Shown here piece after piece: positions 29,189 to 38,914 of a DNA stretch of 64,000 nucleotides. Position numbers and translations under genes: made by a program. The stretch covers positions 1,813 through 65,812 of the forward strand of contig JBAZZC010000001.1 of the NCBI GenBank assembly GCA_041658985.1, given 5' to 3'. The notes beneath the pieces were generated by a model. It saw only the letters and a list, made by a program, of their open reading frames with translations. It was not told the origin of the DNA and did not search any database. Position 1 is the stretch's first letter. Every line of letters starts with the position of its first letter. Source of the DNA: Minisyncoccota bacterium (GTDB taxonomy: Bacteria; Patescibacteriota; Minisyncoccia; Phycocordibacterales; DATDWN01).

Positions 29189-31330
29189 CTATTTTCTAGA
29201 CTCAATAATTGTCAAAGCGACGTTTGGTGGCACCACTTCATAATGATCAAACTCCATCATAACCGACCCTCTTCCTTGTGTCATTGAACGAATATCAGTT
29301 GTGTATCCAAACATTTCAGACAAAGGAACCTTAGCGTGAATTACTCGGAGCATTCCTCTCTCCTCCATTCCTTCTATCTGCCCTCGTTTACCTGAAAGTG
29401 AGCCTGTGATATCTCCCATAAATTGTTCTGGCATGATAGCATCAACTTTCATAATAGGTTCAAGTAAGACAGGTCTGGCTCTTTTGGCTGCATCTTGGAA
29501 AGCTTGAGAGGCTGCAATCTTGTAAGCAATTTCAGATGAGTCAACATCATGATAAGAACCGAATGTAAGTTCGCAGGAAATATTTACCATTTTGTATCCA
29601 GCAACAATTCCTCTATCCATTGCCTCATGAACACCTTTTTCACAGGCAGGAATAAATTCTTGTGGGATAACGCCCCCTTTGATTGAGTCAATAAATTCAA
29701 AGTCTTCATATCGTTTAACATTCTTAGGAATTTTTGCTCCCTCTTCAATTTTCTCAAGAGGTTTGATTGTGAGTTTTACGTGACCATACTGACCTTTTCC
29801 ACCAGTCTGTTTGATATATTTGTGTTCCGCCTCGGCTGTCCCAAGAATTGTCTCTCTGTATGCTACTTGTGGTTTACCAACATTTACCTCAACACCAAAT
29901 TCTCGTTTCATGCGGTCAACCATAATTTCTAGATGTAGCTCTCCCATACCAGAGACAATCGTCTCGGCTGTTTCGGAATTTGATGACACAATAAACGTTG
30001 GGTCCTCGTCAGAAAGTTTTTTGAGGGCCATACCCATTTTTTCCTGGTCAGCTTTTGTTTTTGGTTCAATACGAAGTGAGACGACAGGAGCAACGAATTT
30101 AATTGGGTCAAGAAGAATTGGTTGGTCCTCGTCACAAAGTGTGTGAGATGTTTTTGCAGACTTTAATCCCACCGCTGCTGCGATTTCTCCGGCAAAAACT
30201 TTTTTTACTTCCTCACGTTTGTCAGCCTGAAGTCGCACAATACGACCCAACCTTTCTTTCTCACCTGTGGTTGAGTTATAAATATATGTTCCAGACTCAA
30301 TTGTCCCAGAATAGACACGAAAGAAAGTTAGCTGTCCAACGAATGGGTCGTTTTGAAGTTTGAAAGCAAGAGCAGAAAAAGGTTCTTCATCAGAAGGTTT
30401 CCTAAATATTTCATCACCTGTTTTTGGGTCTAAACCTCTGACGGGAGGGATGTCTAGTGGAGACGGGAGATATTCTACAACTGCGTCTAGAACAAGCTGG
30501 ATACCTTTGTTTTTCAAAGCAGAACCCGCCATGACAGGAACAATTTTTACAGCAAGACAGGCCTTACGAAGAGTCTTTTTTAGCTCTTCTATTGTTGGTT
30601 CCTTACCATCTAGAAACATTTGCATTTGCTCATCATCTTGTTCAACAATTTTTTCTATAAGCTCTGCGCGATATTTTTTTGCTTCATCCAAATATTCGGC
30701 GGGAATTTCTGACTCACGAATATCCATACCCATATTTCCTTCAAAGTGATAAGCCTTCATTTTCAAAAGGTCAATCACCCCCTCAAATTTATCCTCTAGA
30801 CCAATAGGAATTTGTAGGCGAACTGCGTTTTTTGTCAGTCTGTCTAAAATGGAGGCAAAAGAACGCTCAAAAGATGCACCCGTTCTATCAAGTTTGTTTA
30901 TCAAACAAATTCTTGGCACAGCGCCATCATCAGCATATCTCCAGTTTGTTTCTGATTGTGGTTCAACTCCGGCAACTCCGTCAAAAACCACAACCGCACC
31001 GTCAAGAACACGAAGTGAACGTTTTACCTCAGCTGTGAAATCAATGTGTCCGGGAGTATCAATAATATTGAAACGATAGGTGGGTTTGTCTCCCTTTGGC
31101 ATGTAGGTAGGATTCCAGAAACAAGTGATGGCTGCAGCAGTAATGGTAATACCTCTTTCACGCTCTTGTTCCATCCAGTCTGTCACCGTCTCCCCCTCGT
31201 GCACTTCACCAATCTTGTGAGTCATTCCTGTATAGAAAAGCACACGCTCTGATGTGGTTGTTTTACCAGCGTCAATGTGCGCTATTATACCAAAATTACG
31301 AACCTTATCTAGGGAATAGTCTCTATTCAT
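29189..31330 (-). CDS. fusA: elongation factor G
   Basis: [23 protein letters not shown] and full-length EF-G domains. Confidence 0.95.
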   Translation of the reverse strand: MNRDYSLDKVRNFGIIAHIDAGKTTTSERVLFYTGMTHKIGEVHEGETVTDWMEQERERGITITAAAITCFWNPTYMPKGDKPTYRFNIIDTPGHIDFTAEVKRSLRVLDGAVVVFDGVAGVEPQSETNWRYADDGAVPRICLINKLDRTGASFERSFASILDRLTKNAVRLQIPIGLEDKFEGVIDLLKMKAYHFEGNMGMDIRESEIPAEYLDEAKKYRAELIEKIVEQDDEQMQMFLDGKEPTIEELKKTLRKACLAVKIVPVMAGSALKNKGIQLVLDAVVEYLPSPLDIPPVRGLDPKTGDEIFRKPSDEEPFSALAFKLQNDPFVGQLTFFRVYSGTIESGTYIYNSTTGEKERLGRIVRLQADKREEVKKVFAGEIAAAVGLKSAKTSHTLCDEDQPILLDPIKFVAPVVSLRIEPKTKADQEKMGMALKKLSDEDPTFIVSSNSETAETIVSGMGELHLEIMVDRMKREFGVEVNVGKPQVAYRETILGTAEAEHKYIKQTGGKGQYGHVKLTIKPLEKIEEGAKIPKNVKRYEDFEFIDSIKGGVIPQEFIPACEKGVHEAMDRGIVAGYKMVNISCELTFGSYHDVDSSEIAYKIAASQAFQDAAKRARPVLLEPIMKVDAIMPEQFMGDITGSLSGKRGQIEGMEERGMLRVIHAKVPLSEMFGYTTDIRSMTQGRGSVMMEFDHYEVVPPNVALTIIESRK

Positions 31331-31453
31331 AAGTTAAATTATTGTAAATAAAAATGCCCGGAGGCACACAGGAAACTATATACCAAAAACCATTTTTGAG
31401 CAATAATGCAAAACTCCCAGTTAAGGGTTTATATTACTCACGTATAAATCAAT

Positions 31454-31984
31454 TTATTTTAAATTACTAATTACTTCATCTATAAGATCCTTTAATTGAC
31501 CTCTGTTTGATATGACCCTTGCTTTATCAAGGTTAGTGAAGACAAGATTACCACCAATTTCACTCAATGTTGTCAAACCACTACCAAGAGAATCCTCGGC
31601 ACCATATGATCCACCAACACCAAATTCTTGAGTTAATTCATATCTGTGGTCAGTTGGTGCATCTATTATTTGAGATACCTGATTTGGTTCTAGAACCATT
31701 TTGATAGTAAAAGTTATATTATCTCCTTGACCAGGAATTCTTTGAATTGATACTTCTAATGGGTTTCCAGTATTCATAAATCTATCTTCAATAGTAAAAA
31801 TCCTCGGAGTCATGTTCCCTCTTGGAACTAATTCTCCTAATATCTTTATTTTAGGATTTATTTCTTCACTTAACGCAAATCCTTGCATTTGCTGTGCGTC
31901 TTCCTCTTTCCTTTTTTCAGCCATAAAAACGTCATACTCATTTGGTTTATCTTCACTCGCTGGTTGAACTCCTTCTTCACTCAT
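31454..31984 (-). CDS. hypothetical protein (176 aa)
   Basis: ORF preceded by family-1 IR element; no motif recognised. Confidence 0.45.
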   Translation of the reverse strand: MSEEGVQPASEDKPNEYDVFMAEKRKEEDAQQMQGFALSEEINPKIKILGELVPRGNMTPRIFTIEDRFMNTGNPLEVSIQRIPGQGDNITFTIKMVLEPNQVSQIIDAPTDHRYELTQEFGVGGSYGAEDSLGSGLTTLSEIGGNLVFTNLDKARVISNRGQLKDLIDEVISNLK

Positions 31985-31993
31985 AATTTTTTT

Positions 31994-32064
31994 ATCCGAA
32001 CACTAACTTTAGCATCGCTCCGCCGTGTTTCGATGAAACACAATGCCAAAGTTAGTGTGCGGAT
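31994..32064. repeat. family-1 inverted-repeat element copy 3 (short form, 71 bp)
   Basis: ATCCGAACACtaactttagcatcg...caatgccaaagttagtGTGTGCGGAT. Confidence 0.7.
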
Positions 32065-32168
32065 GAATTAAAATATTAATACCCTAATTTTACCCCGACC
32101 ACAAGAATTTACAACCCTGTAATTAAATCCCTTCTTTTCCCCTAACAACTTAAACCAAACCCCCACTC

Positions 32169-32196
32169 AATCTACTACGATATATCGTAGTAGATT
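32169..32196. promoter_or_regulatory. 28-bp perfect palindrome aatctactacgatatatcgtagtagatt (copy downstream of yerC-like gene)
   Basis: exact palindrome, identical copy at 32641-32668, near-identical at 5212-5239. Confidence 0.6.
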
Positions 32197-32203
32197 GATA
32201 ATA

Positions 32204-32608
32204 TTATTTTGAATATTTTCTCCAATATTTCTTTCCAACCGGTGGAGGCATTATTCCCCCAACAGTTAGTATTCCCCATATTATTTTTTCAAAATCCAAT
32301 TTTTGTTTTTTTGAAATCTTGAGAAGAGTATCGTACTTTCCAATTTCAATACCCAGAGACATCATTGCAACCGTGGACGGACTCACCTTTAATATTTCCA
32401 CAATCCTATGTTGTGGAGTTTTACTATCAAGCATGAGAATAATCGCCAGACGTTTAGCGAGCATGGTTCTTTCTGTATCCGAAAAAAGTTCATTTACTAC
32501 CGAGGAGAGATATTTCTTGTTTTGTGCTTCCCCAAATGTTAAAAGAAGCTCACTTAATAATTTCTCCAATAATTCTGGGTTTAATTTTTTACTTGATACG
32601 TGTGGCAT
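32204..32608 (-). CDS. TrpR-fold DNA-binding protein (YerC/YecD-like)
   Basis: LFSDTERTMLAKRLAIILML...QHRIVEILKVSPSTVAMMS resembles TrpR/YerC helix-turn-helix core; flanked by identical palindromes. Confidence 0.5.
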   Translation of the reverse strand: MPHVSSKKLNPELLEKLLSELLLTFGEAQNKKYLSSVVNELFSDTERTMLAKRLAIILMLDSKTPQHRIVEILKVSPSTVAMMSLGIEIGKYDTLLKISKKQKLDFEKIIWGILTVGGIMPPPVGKKYWRKYSK

Positions 32609-32640
32609 AGATTATATTTACAATTAATTTTAATATCTTT

Positions 32641-32668
32641 AATCTACTACGATATATCGTAGTAGATT
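32641..32668. promoter_or_regulatory. 28-bp perfect palindrome (copy about 35 bp upstream of yerC-like start); candidate operator
   Basis: identical to 32169-32196. Confidence 0.6.
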
Positions 32669-32752
32669 AAGAACTGAGTGTCAACATCAAAAAGCATTTT
32701 TGAACAATGACAAAATAATTAAAGAGCTTCTCACAAACCAAGGGCAGTTATA

Positions 32753-33028
32753 TTATTTTTCACCCAGTTCTTCTAGAAGCTTACCAAAGTGCTTATTGGT
32801 CCAGCCGTGGTAATGTATCTCCCTGATTCCACCAGCATCACCCCCACTCGCCATACCTCTTATTTCATTAATTACAGAACAATATTCTGACATTGAAATA
32901 TTTCTCTCTTCTCTTAAACTACTTAGTCTGCTATCAAAATTATCAGGAAGACCGCCGGGTGCCCCTTCCTCGGAGCTACTCTTATCTGCACCGTCAAAAT
33001 CACCGTATTCCGGCTCTTCGTTTGACAT
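32753..33028 (-). CDS. hypothetical acidic protein (91 aa)
   Basis: ORF in rpsG-fusA island. Confidence 0.35.
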   Translation of the reverse strand: MSNEEPEYGDFDGADKSSSEEGAPGGLPDNFDSRLSSLREERNISMSEYCSVINEIRGMASGGDAGGIREIHYHGWTNKHFGKLLEELGEK

Positions 33029-33125
33029 GTTATTAGACTAGAGTAATAACACACTAATTTTATTCCTCCCCCAGATAAATACAAGACATGGCAACCAGAA
33101 TTTCTCTTTGGGAAGATTCTATGGC

Positions 33126-33356
33126 TTAAAGTCTACCTTTTAGGTTCCTTACTTCTTGTTCCAAATCTTCAAGCCTTTCATGGTCAGACTTGTGGTGAAC
33201 AAGAGCTTTTTGAATAAATGGCCAGATAATAAGACCAATAATTACGTCAAAAATAACAATTAGAAGTATCTCAAACTCCCAATGTGCCGGGTCTCTTACT
33301 AAATCAAAAAATGATTCCATGAGGTTATTTAAGACAACCAGACAAACAAAATCCAA
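33126..33356 (-). CDS. small membrane protein with C-terminal coiled coil (76 aa)
   Basis: one TM helix then charged helix. Confidence 0.35.
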   Translation of the reverse strand: MDFVCLVVLNNLMESFFDLVRDPAHWEFEILLIVIFDVIIGLIIWPFIQKALVHHKSDHERLEDLEQEVRNLKGRL

Positions 33357-33367
33357 AACAAAAAACT

Positions 33368-33787
33368 TTACATTACTGGTTTATTTGGAAATAAGTGTTT
33401 TACCGCTATTAACAACATAACAGTAATTTGTGTAATAGTTGCAGTAATTAAAAGTCTAAAGCTCCACCCTTCAATCTCAAATCCACCAGTCTTAAAACCT
33501 TGGAAAAAAGCGATTACAAAAATAGCAACGGTTTCTGCTGCCAAAAACCAGAATAAGATAAAAAGTGTATTTTTCTTTAAACCTATATCTTGCTCAAATG
33601 CCCTGTTTTCTAACTGTCCTTTTTCTAGAGCAATTTTTTCCTGAATGCTTCTTTCGCCGAACGGTCTTATATTATATTGCAGAGGTCTCTTAATTCCCTG
33701 CTGATGAACTAGTGAAGCACGAATTTCTTTAAATCTTTCTGAAAGATCAGTATTTCTCTTAGAAAATGACTCGGGAATTTCTGTCAT
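33368..33787 (-). CDS. membrane protein (2 C-terminal TM helices) translationally coupled to ImmA/IrrE peptidase
   Basis: ATGA overlap with upstream gene; hydrophobic C-terminus. Confidence 0.5.
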   Translation of the reverse strand: MTEIPESFSKRNTDLSERFKEIRASLVHQQGIKRPLQYNIRPFGERSIQEKIALEKGQLENRAFEQDIGLKKNTLFILFWFLAAETVAIFVIAFFQGFKTGGFEIEGWSFRLLITATITQITVMLLIAVKHLFPNKPVM

Positions 33788-34338
33788 GGTAATAATTTTA
33801 ATCGCTCGAGTCTTATGCTCATTGTGGAGACGGAAACATTAAAGACTTTAGCACATGATTCTACATCTCTTAAACTCTCCCAGGCCTGAACTATTAACTC
33901 TGAAGGCATTATTAAAGCATACGCAAAATTATTCGCTTCGATTTCCATTTGACTAATTTCTGCTTCATCCAGACTAAACAATGCTCTACCCCCGTCAAAA
34001 AAGTCACTGTCAACAATAATTCCCTCAATTTTTATCTTATCCTTATGTAAAAAATAATGACCCAATTCGTGAGCTAGTGTAAAGTTTTGTCTTTCTTGAG
34101 ATTTACTACTATTAATTGCGATGTGAAATTCGTAAGTCTTCACACCACTAGAATCTTTCTCCTCATACGTTATCGCCCCTGATAAGTTTTTTATAGAATC
34201 CTCTGAAAATTCAAACGATTGTATTTTAAGTTCAAAGATTGAATCTGTTATGTTTTTATATGGAAATGGAGATAAATCCAGAGGATTATATTGTTTTCTT
34301 ATTTCATTGGCCTTAGACTCACAATCAGCTCTGTTCAT
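33784..34338 (-). CDS. ImmA/IrrE-family (COG2856) zinc metallopeptidase
   Basis: HELGHYFLH HExxH motif in characteristic context ...FTLAHELGHYFLHKD...E..NxFAxxLLMP. Confidence 0.75.
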   Translation of the reverse strand: MNRADCESKANEIRKQYNPLDLSPFPYKNITDSIFELKIQSFEFSEDSIKNLSGAITYEEKDSSGVKTYEFHIAINSSKSQERQNFTLAHELGHYFLHKDKIKIEGIIVDSDFFDGGRALFSLDEAEISQMEIEANNFAYALIMPSELIVQAWESLRDVESCAKVFNVSVSTMSIRLERLKLLP

Positions 34339-34575
34339 AGTTATGATTATACACCTTTCTAAATATTTGTTTCAATCTTAGTGTGATTGTGTAAAAATCT
34401 TAATTCTAAGTATTATATAAAATAAAAAGTAAACTTGTAGACGAAGATTTTTGTGAGGATTTTTGTTGAAGTTCGAAGCTCGCAGGTTTTTTCTGTGACC
34501 AAAACGTACAACAGTACGTTGCGTGGAACAGATAAAAACCGAGAGCAAAGAAATTCGGCAAAAAGACCACAAAAA

Positions 34576-35055
34576 CTACCAAGCAAAATGGGCAAAGGCC
34601 TTGTTTGACTCCGCCATTTTATGCGTATCTTCTCTCTTCTTCACTGCCTTACCTTCATTTTTTGAAGCTAGTATAATTTCGTCAGCTAAGCGAGATGCCA
34701 TAGGAGCACCTTTGCCTGAGCGAGCTGAATCAATAATCCATTTCATTGCGAGAAACGAACGTCTTTCTGGTCGAACTTCTCGAGGAATTTGGTAGTTAGC
34801 ACCTCCGACTCGACGAGAGCGAACTTCTGTAAGAGGGCCTGTATTTTTTAATGCTGTATCAAAAACTTCCATTACATCCACTGTCGTAGCTGTGCCTAGT
34901 TTCTTAATAATCTGTTCAAATGCATCATAAACAATTTTTCGAGCTGTCGCTTTTTGTCCACGAATCATTATGTAATTGATAAATTTACCAACTTTCTCAG
35001 AATCATATTCGTGATCTTTACCTACTATATTTCTGTTTGTTATTTTTCTTCGCAT
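34576..35055 (-). CDS. rpsG: 30S ribosomal protein S7
   Basis: S7 motifs across length. Confidence 0.95.
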   Translation of the reverse strand: MRRKITNRNIVGKDHEYDSEKVGKFINYIMIRGQKATARKIVYDAFEQIIKKLGTATTVDVMEVFDTALKNTGPLTEVRSRRVGGANYQIPREVRPERRSFLAMKWIIDSARSGKGAPMASRLADEIILASKNEGKAVKKREDTHKMAESNKAFAHFAW

Positions 35056-35104
35056 TTTTGTGTTTGTATTTTACTTTATGGACTTTATGAACTTTATAGA
35101 CTTT

Positions 35105-35518
35105 TTACTTCCCCTTAGGTTTCTTTACACCATATCTAGACCTACCCTGCATTCTTTTTTCTACTCCTGTTGCATCGAGCTTGCCTCGTACTATTGTATA
35201 TCTGATACCAACATCCTTTACTTTTCCACCACGAAGCAAAACCACTGAGTGTTCCTGTAGTCCATGTCCCATTCCTGGAATATATGCCGTAACCTCCATA
35301 CCATTTGTTAGTCTAACTCTAGCAATTTTTCGAATAGCAGAGTTTGGTTTCTTTGGTGTTTTTGTTGTTACTTTCGTACAAACTCCCCTTTTAAATGAAG
35401 ATGGATAATAGACAGGTCTGTTTGTTAGAGTGTTGAATCCACGAGTTAAAGCAATGGCCTTTGATTTAGGTCTACCTTTTGAGCGTCTTTTTTTAATCAG
35501 CTGATTTATCGTTGACAT
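35105..35518 (-). CDS. rpsL: 30S ribosomal protein S12
   Basis: KPNSALRK-like [16 protein letters not shown]... Confidence 0.95.
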   Translation of the reverse strand: MSTINQLIKKRRSKGRPKSKAIALTRGFNTLTNRPVYYPSSFKRGVCTKVTTKTPKKPNSAIRKIARVRLTNGMEVTAYIPGMGHGLQEHSVVLLRGGKVKDVGIRYTIVRGKLDATGVEKRMQGRSRYGVKKPKGK

Positions 35519-35559
35519 TACTTCACTACTCTAATATATATGTATCAAAATTGCAAATA

Positions 35560-35865
35560 CTTGTTTGTATAAACGAAATGGCCCGCCTCCGAAGAGAACG
35601 AGCCTTTGCCCCCGAGTTATTTTTATGTCTCGGTGGGAGGAGCGGAGGAGAGGGGGTGTGGCCAACCAGTTGATTGATTCGCTGTTGTCGCAAGTCGCTG
35701 AACGCCATTGTCGCCGATTGCAAATCTTCGCAACCGGCGAACTTCGCCAGACGCCGATGTCGCAGATCGCTAAACGCCAATTTCGCAAGATGTCGCAAGC
35801 CGCCAGACGCCGTTGTCGCAACGCCAGACCCCTCTCTCCAACAGAAAGCCTATCACACTAGCCGT
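35560..35865. repeat. GC-rich degenerate tandem-repeat region upstream of rpsL (recurring TTGCGACA / GGCGTCTGGCG units); open in all frames
   Basis: 55-60% GC low-complexity block in AT-rich context; 4 spurious overlapping ORFs on both strands. Confidence 0.5.
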
Positions 35866-35978
35866 ATAATGTCAAGCAATTTTTGTATATGAAAAATAGC
35901 CTTACTCTAGGCCTTTATTTAAATTTTACTTACATAAATATGGAGATTACTGTACGAAAAAGATAAATACTAATTTCA

Positions 35979-36593
35979 CTACGGGATTAATCCAGTTATG
36001 AGAGAAAATTCAAAAACAACTAGAGGTAAAACAAATTTCCAAAGGAAGAAAATGAAGAAAATTAAAACAAACAATCCGTTTCGTTCTAGAAAATCACGAA
36101 CACCTTGCATACTATAAGGTAAAATGGAGAAAAGGATTTTTGAACCATCAAGAGGAGGAATGGGTATTAGATTAAACGTGGCCAGAATCAAGTTTATAAA
36201 TACTATGGTAGAAGAAATATATGTAAATGCCTGTCCAAATTGAGAAGTTATCCCAAAACGAATAAGCAGACCAAAAAACAAGGCCACACAGATATTAGAC
36301 GCTGGACCAGCAAGAGCCACCATGGCCTCTCCCCATCTTTGATTTCTTAGATTATATGGATTGAAAGGAACAGGTTTTGCCCAGCCAATTATAAAACCAC
36401 CAAACATATATGACATTACAGGCAAGAGAAAAGAGCCAAACCATTCTAGGTGTTTCATTGGGTTAAGAGTCAACCTGCCCTGAAATCTTGCTGTATTATC
36501 CCCTTGTAGATAGGCAACGTAACCGTGAGAGACCTCATGGATGACGATAGAAAAAATTAGTATGAGAATTGAAAAAATAAAATCGAGAGACAT
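35979..36593 (-). CDS. site-2 protease family (peptidase M50) intramembrane metalloprotease
   Basis: HEVSHG HExxH in TM helix and NLIPIPPLDG motif. Confidence 0.75.
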   Translation of the reverse strand: MSLDFIFSILILIFSIVIHEVSHGYVAYLQGDNTARFQGRLTLNPMKHLEWFGSFLLPVMSYMFGGFIIGWAKPVPFNPYNLRNQRWGEAMVALAGPASNICVALFFGLLIRFGITSQFGQAFTYISSTIVFINLILATFNLIPIPPLDGSKILFSILPYSMQGVRDFLERNGLFVLIFFIFFLWKFVLPLVVFEFSLITGLIP

Positions 36594-36705
36594 GGGATAG
36601 TCTATAAAGTCGAAAGTTTATAAAGTCTATAAAGTAGATTCATTTGCTCCTTTTGACTTTATAGACTTTTGACTTCTGACTTTGTTATGATACCATACTT
36701 TCATT

Positions 36706-36948
36706 ATGGCTAAAGTATGTCCAATATCAAAGAAAAGTTCCCAGCTTAGTGGTGGATATTCAAACCGCACTCGTGCTACGCAGTTTAATCCAACTGGTGT
36801 TACTCGAAAATATGCCAATCTTCAAAAAAAGAAGATATATATTCCTGAACTCAAAAAATCAATAACCCTAACTCTCTCAACCACAGCAATTAAAACTATT
36901 CAGAAAAATGGTGCTTACGCTACACTCAAAAAAGCAGGTTTGATTTAA
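36706..36948 (+). CDS. rpmB: 50S ribosomal protein L28
   Basis: MAKVCPISKK...NLQKK... L28 pattern. Confidence 0.8.
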   Translation: MAKVCPISKKSSQLSGGYSNRTRATQFNPTGVTRKYANLQKKKIYIPELKKSITLTLSTTAIKTIQKNGAYATLKKAGLI

Positions 36949-37000
36949 GAAATAACAAAAAGTCCAGTTACCAAAAGACATCTTGATAGAGGATGTTTTT

Positions 37001-37028
37001 TTGACATTAATAAATATAAGGGTAATAT
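37001..37028 (+). promoter_or_regulatory. sigma70 promoter TTGACA-16-TAATAT for small GC-rich ORF
   Basis: consensus hexamers. Confidence 0.5.
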
Positions 37029-37046
37029 TCGATATGGGGGTGCCCT

Positions 37047-37238
37047 ATGAAATGGCGAATGTGCAAGGCCATCGTCAGAAACATAGGCTACCTACTTTCC
37101 TATGATTTCTGGCGACTCGCTCTCCGAGACAAGGAGTTTCCCGTAATCACGATCGTTCTCCTCATATTGTTTGCGGGGTGTTCCGACATCCTGCGGATGA
37201 TATTCACTCCGGGTTACCCGGAGAAGGCCGCCGACTAG
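37047..37238 (+). CDS. small GC-rich single-TM protein (63 aa)
   Basis: own promoter, SD, and ggccgcc..ggcggcc hairpin after stop. Confidence 0.4.
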   Translation: MKWRMCKAIVRNIGYLLSYDFWRLALRDKEFPVITIVLLILFAGCSDILRMIFTPGYPEKAAD

Positions 37239-37244
37239 GCGGCC

Positions 37245-38114
37245 TCATCGTTTCAAAAGAAACCTTTTCCCATCTGATTCAAAAATCACTTGTCCTACAT
37301 CATATGTTCCAATGATTGGGACTTTTAGTTTATTTAAAATATCCAAAACTTCTTTGTGTGGATGGCCATACGTATTGTTTTTTCCTGCAGATATAACAAC
37401 CCATTCTGGATCAACTGCTTTTACATACTCTTCCGACGAACTTGTTCGTGAGCCGTGATGACCAGCTTTTAAAATTGTGCTTTTTAAGTTGTTTTCTAAA
37501 CTAACAAGAAAATGTTCTATGTTTGTCGGCGAATCTCCTTGTAACATTACCGAGGTCTCACCATAAACCAATTGCATTACAATCGAACCGTCATTTGGAT
37601 TTAGACCAGAAATATCTCTGTCTGGGAAAATTACTCGTAAATATGCACTCCCACCTAAATCAATTATTTGTCCTCGCCTTGCAATTATTTTTGGAATTTT
37701 TTTATTTATGATTTCGTCTTCTAATAGAGAATATGCCTCACTTTTATTTGTCGTGCCGGGCTCAAGCACTACATCGGTTTTGTATTTTTTCAGAAAAGGG
37801 ATAAATCCTTCGTAGTGGTCCTTATCTGGATTTGTCACAACTAGCATATCAATTTTTCTGTCATACCAAGGTAAAATGGATGAGATTTCTTTCATTAGAG
37901 CGTTATTTGGGCCACCATCTATCAAAACCTGTATACCAGTTGGTGATTCAATAAAAATCGAGTCACCCTGACCAACATTCAGGAAGACAACAGTCAAAAT
38001 CCCCTGACGATTTTCTCTAATTACAGTAGACCACAAAACGAAGCTTAAAATCAAAAGTAGTCCAAGAATATACCAGCGTAGATAAGCACGAATATGAGAA
38101 AATCTTTTCAACAT
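37245..38114 (-). CDS. membrane-anchored ComEC C-terminal-type metallo-beta-lactamase domain protein
   Basis: VVFLNVGQGD...GHHGS...TYGHPH MBL motifs typical of ComEC/Rec2 nuclease domain; own N-terminal TM. Confidence 0.7.
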   Translation of the reverse strand: MLKRFSHIRAYLRWYILGLLLILSFVLWSTVIRENRQGILTVVFLNVGQGDSIFIESPTGIQVLIDGGPNNALMKEISSILPWYDRKIDMLVVTNPDKDHYEGFIPFLKKYKTDVVLEPGTTNKSEAYSLLEDEIINKKIPKIIARRGQIIDLGGSAYLRVIFPDRDISGLNPNDGSIVMQLVYGETSVMLQGDSPTNIEHFLVSLENNLKSTILKAGHHGSRTSSSEEYVKAVDPEWVVISAGKNNTYGHPHKEVLDILNKLKVPIIGTYDVGQVIFESDGKRFLLKR

Positions 38115-38147
38115 ATGTTATATTATACACACAAAATTAAGAGCTAA

Positions 38148-38289
38148 ATCCGCACACCAACCCTGGTATTGTGTCTTCCGTTGATATTATATGTATAATA
38201 GATATATCAACTGGTGAATTTACTAGTAACTGAGCAATAATTTCCACACCACGACACAATATCAACGATACCAGAGTTGGTGTGCGGAC
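38148..38289. repeat. family-1 inverted-repeat element copy 4 (contains TGtATAAT extended -10 directed at sod gene)
   Basis: ATCCGCACACcaaccctggtattgtg...caacgataccagagttggtGTGTGCGGAC. Confidence 0.75.
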
Positions 38290-38302
38290 AAATCAAAACA
38301 AA

Positions 38303-38914
38303 ATGGAATTTAAAGAAAAAAAATTTAACATCGGTGAACTAAAGGGAATTTCAGCAAAAACGATTGAGGAACACCTAAAACTTTATGCTGGGTATGTAAA
38401 AAATACCAATAGTATCCTAGAAAAGATACCGGTATACGAAGGATATGTAAAAGAAGACGCTTTTGCTCCGTATGTAATAAGCGAACTAAATAGACGATTC
38501 AGTTTTGAATATAACGGCATGAGAAATCATGAGATTTACTTTGATTCACTATCAGATGGAGCAAAAGAAATTACACCAGACGGTGAACTAATAAAATGTA
38601 TCGCCTACTTATGGGGTTCATTTGATAAATGGCTCGTACAATTTAAAACACTTGCTACAACTCGTGGTATTGGTTGGGCCATGCTTTATTTAGACAGAAA
38701 AGAACACCGGCTTTTAAATGCCTGGGTTGATGAGCAACATATTGGACAGCTCCAAGACTGCACTCCAATACTTGCCCTAGACATGTGGGAACACTCCTTC
38801 GTTGCCGACTATCAGCCAAGTGGTAAAAAACAATATATTGAAGACTTCTTTACTAGTCTTAATTGGCAGAATGTTGAGAAAAATTTTTCAGAAAGTATAA
38901 GCCCAGAAAAATAA
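38303..38914 (+). CDS. sodA: Fe/Mn superoxide dismutase
   Basis: N-terminal helical His sites and C-terminal DMWEHSF motif. Confidence 0.85.
   Translation: MEFKEKKFNIGELKGISAKTIEEHLKLYAGYVKNTNSILEKIPVYEGYVKEDAFAPYVISELNRRFSFEYNGMRNHEIYFDSLSDGAKEITPDGELIKCIAYLWGSFDKWLVQFKTLATTRGIGWAMLYLDRKEHRLLNAWVDEQHIGQLQDCTPILALDMWEHSFVADYQPSGKKQYIEDFFTSLNWQNVEKNFSESISPEK

Noticed and set aside
35560-35865. Possible CRISPR array in the GC-rich repeat block upstream of rpsL
   Set aside because: Repeat units are degenerate, of uneven spacing (23-40 bp) and not separated by unique spacers of constant length. No cas genes nearby.
35526-35892. Four overlapping ORFs on both strands in the GC-rich block
   Set aside because: All frames are open because of the GC-rich repeat composition. 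There is no basis to pick one, so it is reported as a repeat region instead.
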